From Vicugna vicugna (Eukaryota), in the NCBI GenBank assembly GCA_013265495.1, contig MU057651.1, positions 2,520,948 to 2,584,947 of the forward strand: 64,000 bases of DNA. The letters run 5' to 3'. Position 1 is the stretch's first letter, and every line of letters begins with the position of its first letter. Made by a program: the position numbers and the translations under genes. The notes under the pieces are model-generated. The model saw only the letters and a list, made by a program, of their open reading frames with translations, ran no database searches and had not been told where the DNA came from. Below are positions 62,501 through 64,000 of the stretch, piece after piece.

Positions 62501-64000
62501 CTCGCCAGCCCGGGGCCCAGGCACCGTGTGTGCGCCCAGGTTAGACTCCAGGCAGGACAGGAGAGGGTGCCTGGAGAGGCGGCCCCAGTAGCGGGACAGA
62601 GCTGGGTCCCCCCCAGCCCATCGGCCCCATCCGGGAGAGCCAAGACGTACCCGGGGCTCAAGAGAGATGTCACATGCTGTATTTGCCCTTCATCCAAAAT
62701 AGGCACATCCTCTCCGGCACAGCTCAGCTCTGCAGCTACAAAACCCCTGAGCAGGAAGGATGCCGTCCCACGCTCTGAAGTCCATACCCCGCCCCAAAAT
62801 TTAAAAAACAAACAAACACCCAGAGACCACAGCTGGGGGCTGACCCACCAGCTGGGGAAGTGACGTGTGGGGAAGACTTCACCGCTGTTCACAGGGCGCA
62901 CTTAACAACCCCCCCAGGTAGCTGCGCAAAAAGCTCTACCCAAACCAATTAGACAGACCGAATGGGGGCGCGGAAACACGAGGCTGCGAGGGGTGCAGAT
63001 TCAATTACGAGACCTTCCTGCCGTGGGGTCTTGAGCCGTCAGCAGTACAGACGCCCACGGGAACCCAGCCCTGCGGGGTCGTTGGGGAAACACTGCATCG
63101 CTCCCTTCCTGTTTGATCCACTCAGGAGCCCTTCGCAGCCTGAGGTCTCCCAGCCGCAGGGACCCCCCCCTTCCCCCGGAGGAAGCTGCCGAGCATCACA
63201 GCAGAACATCCATCAGGCCGACGGAGAATCTGCAGAAACTGGTACAGTGAGGTCTCCCCATATGTCTCCTCGAGGTTCCCCTCTCCATCTGCCCCAGCTG
63301 CTCCGTCCCATCCTCATCCTCTGTCCCTGTCTGTCTACGGGTCAGTGGGCCCCTGACCCCTCGCTGCGTGGTTCCTGAAGACAGGAACAGTCTCTTTCCT
63401 CAGCACAGCCGAGGGTCAAGATCGGGAAATCCCGTGGACACACCACCACCGGCGGATTTACAGGTCCCATCCCATCCAGCCCCTGTCCAACTAGGGTCCT
63501 TCTAAGAGCAGGCGGCAGAGGCCCTTCTGGGTTCAGGATCCCTTCGGGGACCCCTTCAGCTATCTCACCTGCTTGGCCTCTGTCAGCTGGACAGCATCTC
63601 CGATTTGGCTGTCCTGTGGTTTTGTTTTCTGGGTGTGGGATGTGGAGACGCATGCCCGGGACCCTGCCGGCCACTGTGACTGGGACACTCCCTCGGGGGT
63701 CACCCTTCCGGAGCGGGGACCATGGGAAGGTGGAGCTGTGCTGCAGAGCTGACGGGCGCACCCCGGGTCTGCGGCCCGACGCCACTCTCATGCCGAGGTC
63801 CGCACCGCAATCCATCCCCATAGCCCCACTTCGATCCCTGAGCTGCACGTGGAACAGCATGGGGAACCTGACATGCAGGTGGTCCAGAGTCTCCTCCTTC
63901 TCCTCTGTGGGCACCACAAGGGACACATCTGGAAACAGTCCTGGGACAGCCAGAGACTGCCAAGGCCACTGCAAGGCGTCCAGATCCAAGAGGCTGCATG

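Larger units (their letters stand above)
24460..64000 (-). other. GRB10: GRB10 gene, 3' part (12 coding exons plus 3'UTR); upstream exons lie beyond window end
   Basis: Twelve GT-AG exons join into one 1281-nt frame encoding RA-PH-BPS-SH2 domains and ending ...[14 protein letters not shown]. Confidence 0.97.

Noticed and set aside
63424..63433. Perfect NF-kB site GGGAAATCCC
   Set aside because: Single isolated motif with no cluster or other support.
52964..64000. Upstream GRB10 proline-rich exon or novel cassette exons (donor-like sites near 53810, 60868, 61863)
   Set aside because: No SLPAIPNPFPEL-type coding sequence found; isolated donor-like words lack supporting acceptors or reading frames.

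Overview
Mammalian genomic DNA, very probably a camelid (alpaca/camel), judged from repeated copies of a tRNA-derived SINE resembling the camelid vic-1 family. The window covers the GRB10-DDC imprinted locus with both genes on the minus strand. GRB10: the last 12 coding exons (52963->27076; RA, PH, BPS and SH2 domains; 1281 nt = 426 aa + stop; all GT-AG with consistent phases), then a ~2.6 kb 3'UTR ending near AATAAA at 24482-24487. Sequence above 52963 is GRB10 intron. DDC (aromatic L-amino acid decarboxylase): a putative non-neuronal (HNF1-type) first exon near 22.3 kb, a neuronal first exon near 18.8 kb, and coding exons at 9380-9580, 6228-6341 and 5224-5343; the gene continues past position 1. 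The rest is intron with L1, SINE, MLT1, ERV solo-LTR and Tigger remnants, plus two N gaps inside GC-rich repeats. I found no new protein-coding system. The best leads are regulatory or evolutionary: a six-pentamer perfect heat-shock element with two STAT sites built by local amplification inside an MLT1 LTR in a DDC intron; only ~2 kb between the GRB10 polyA site and the DDC upstream promoter; many GC-directed amino-acid changes in GRB10; and a SINE-tail-derived minisatellite with higher-order structure. Comparisons to human/rodent sequences are from memory and need checking by alignment.
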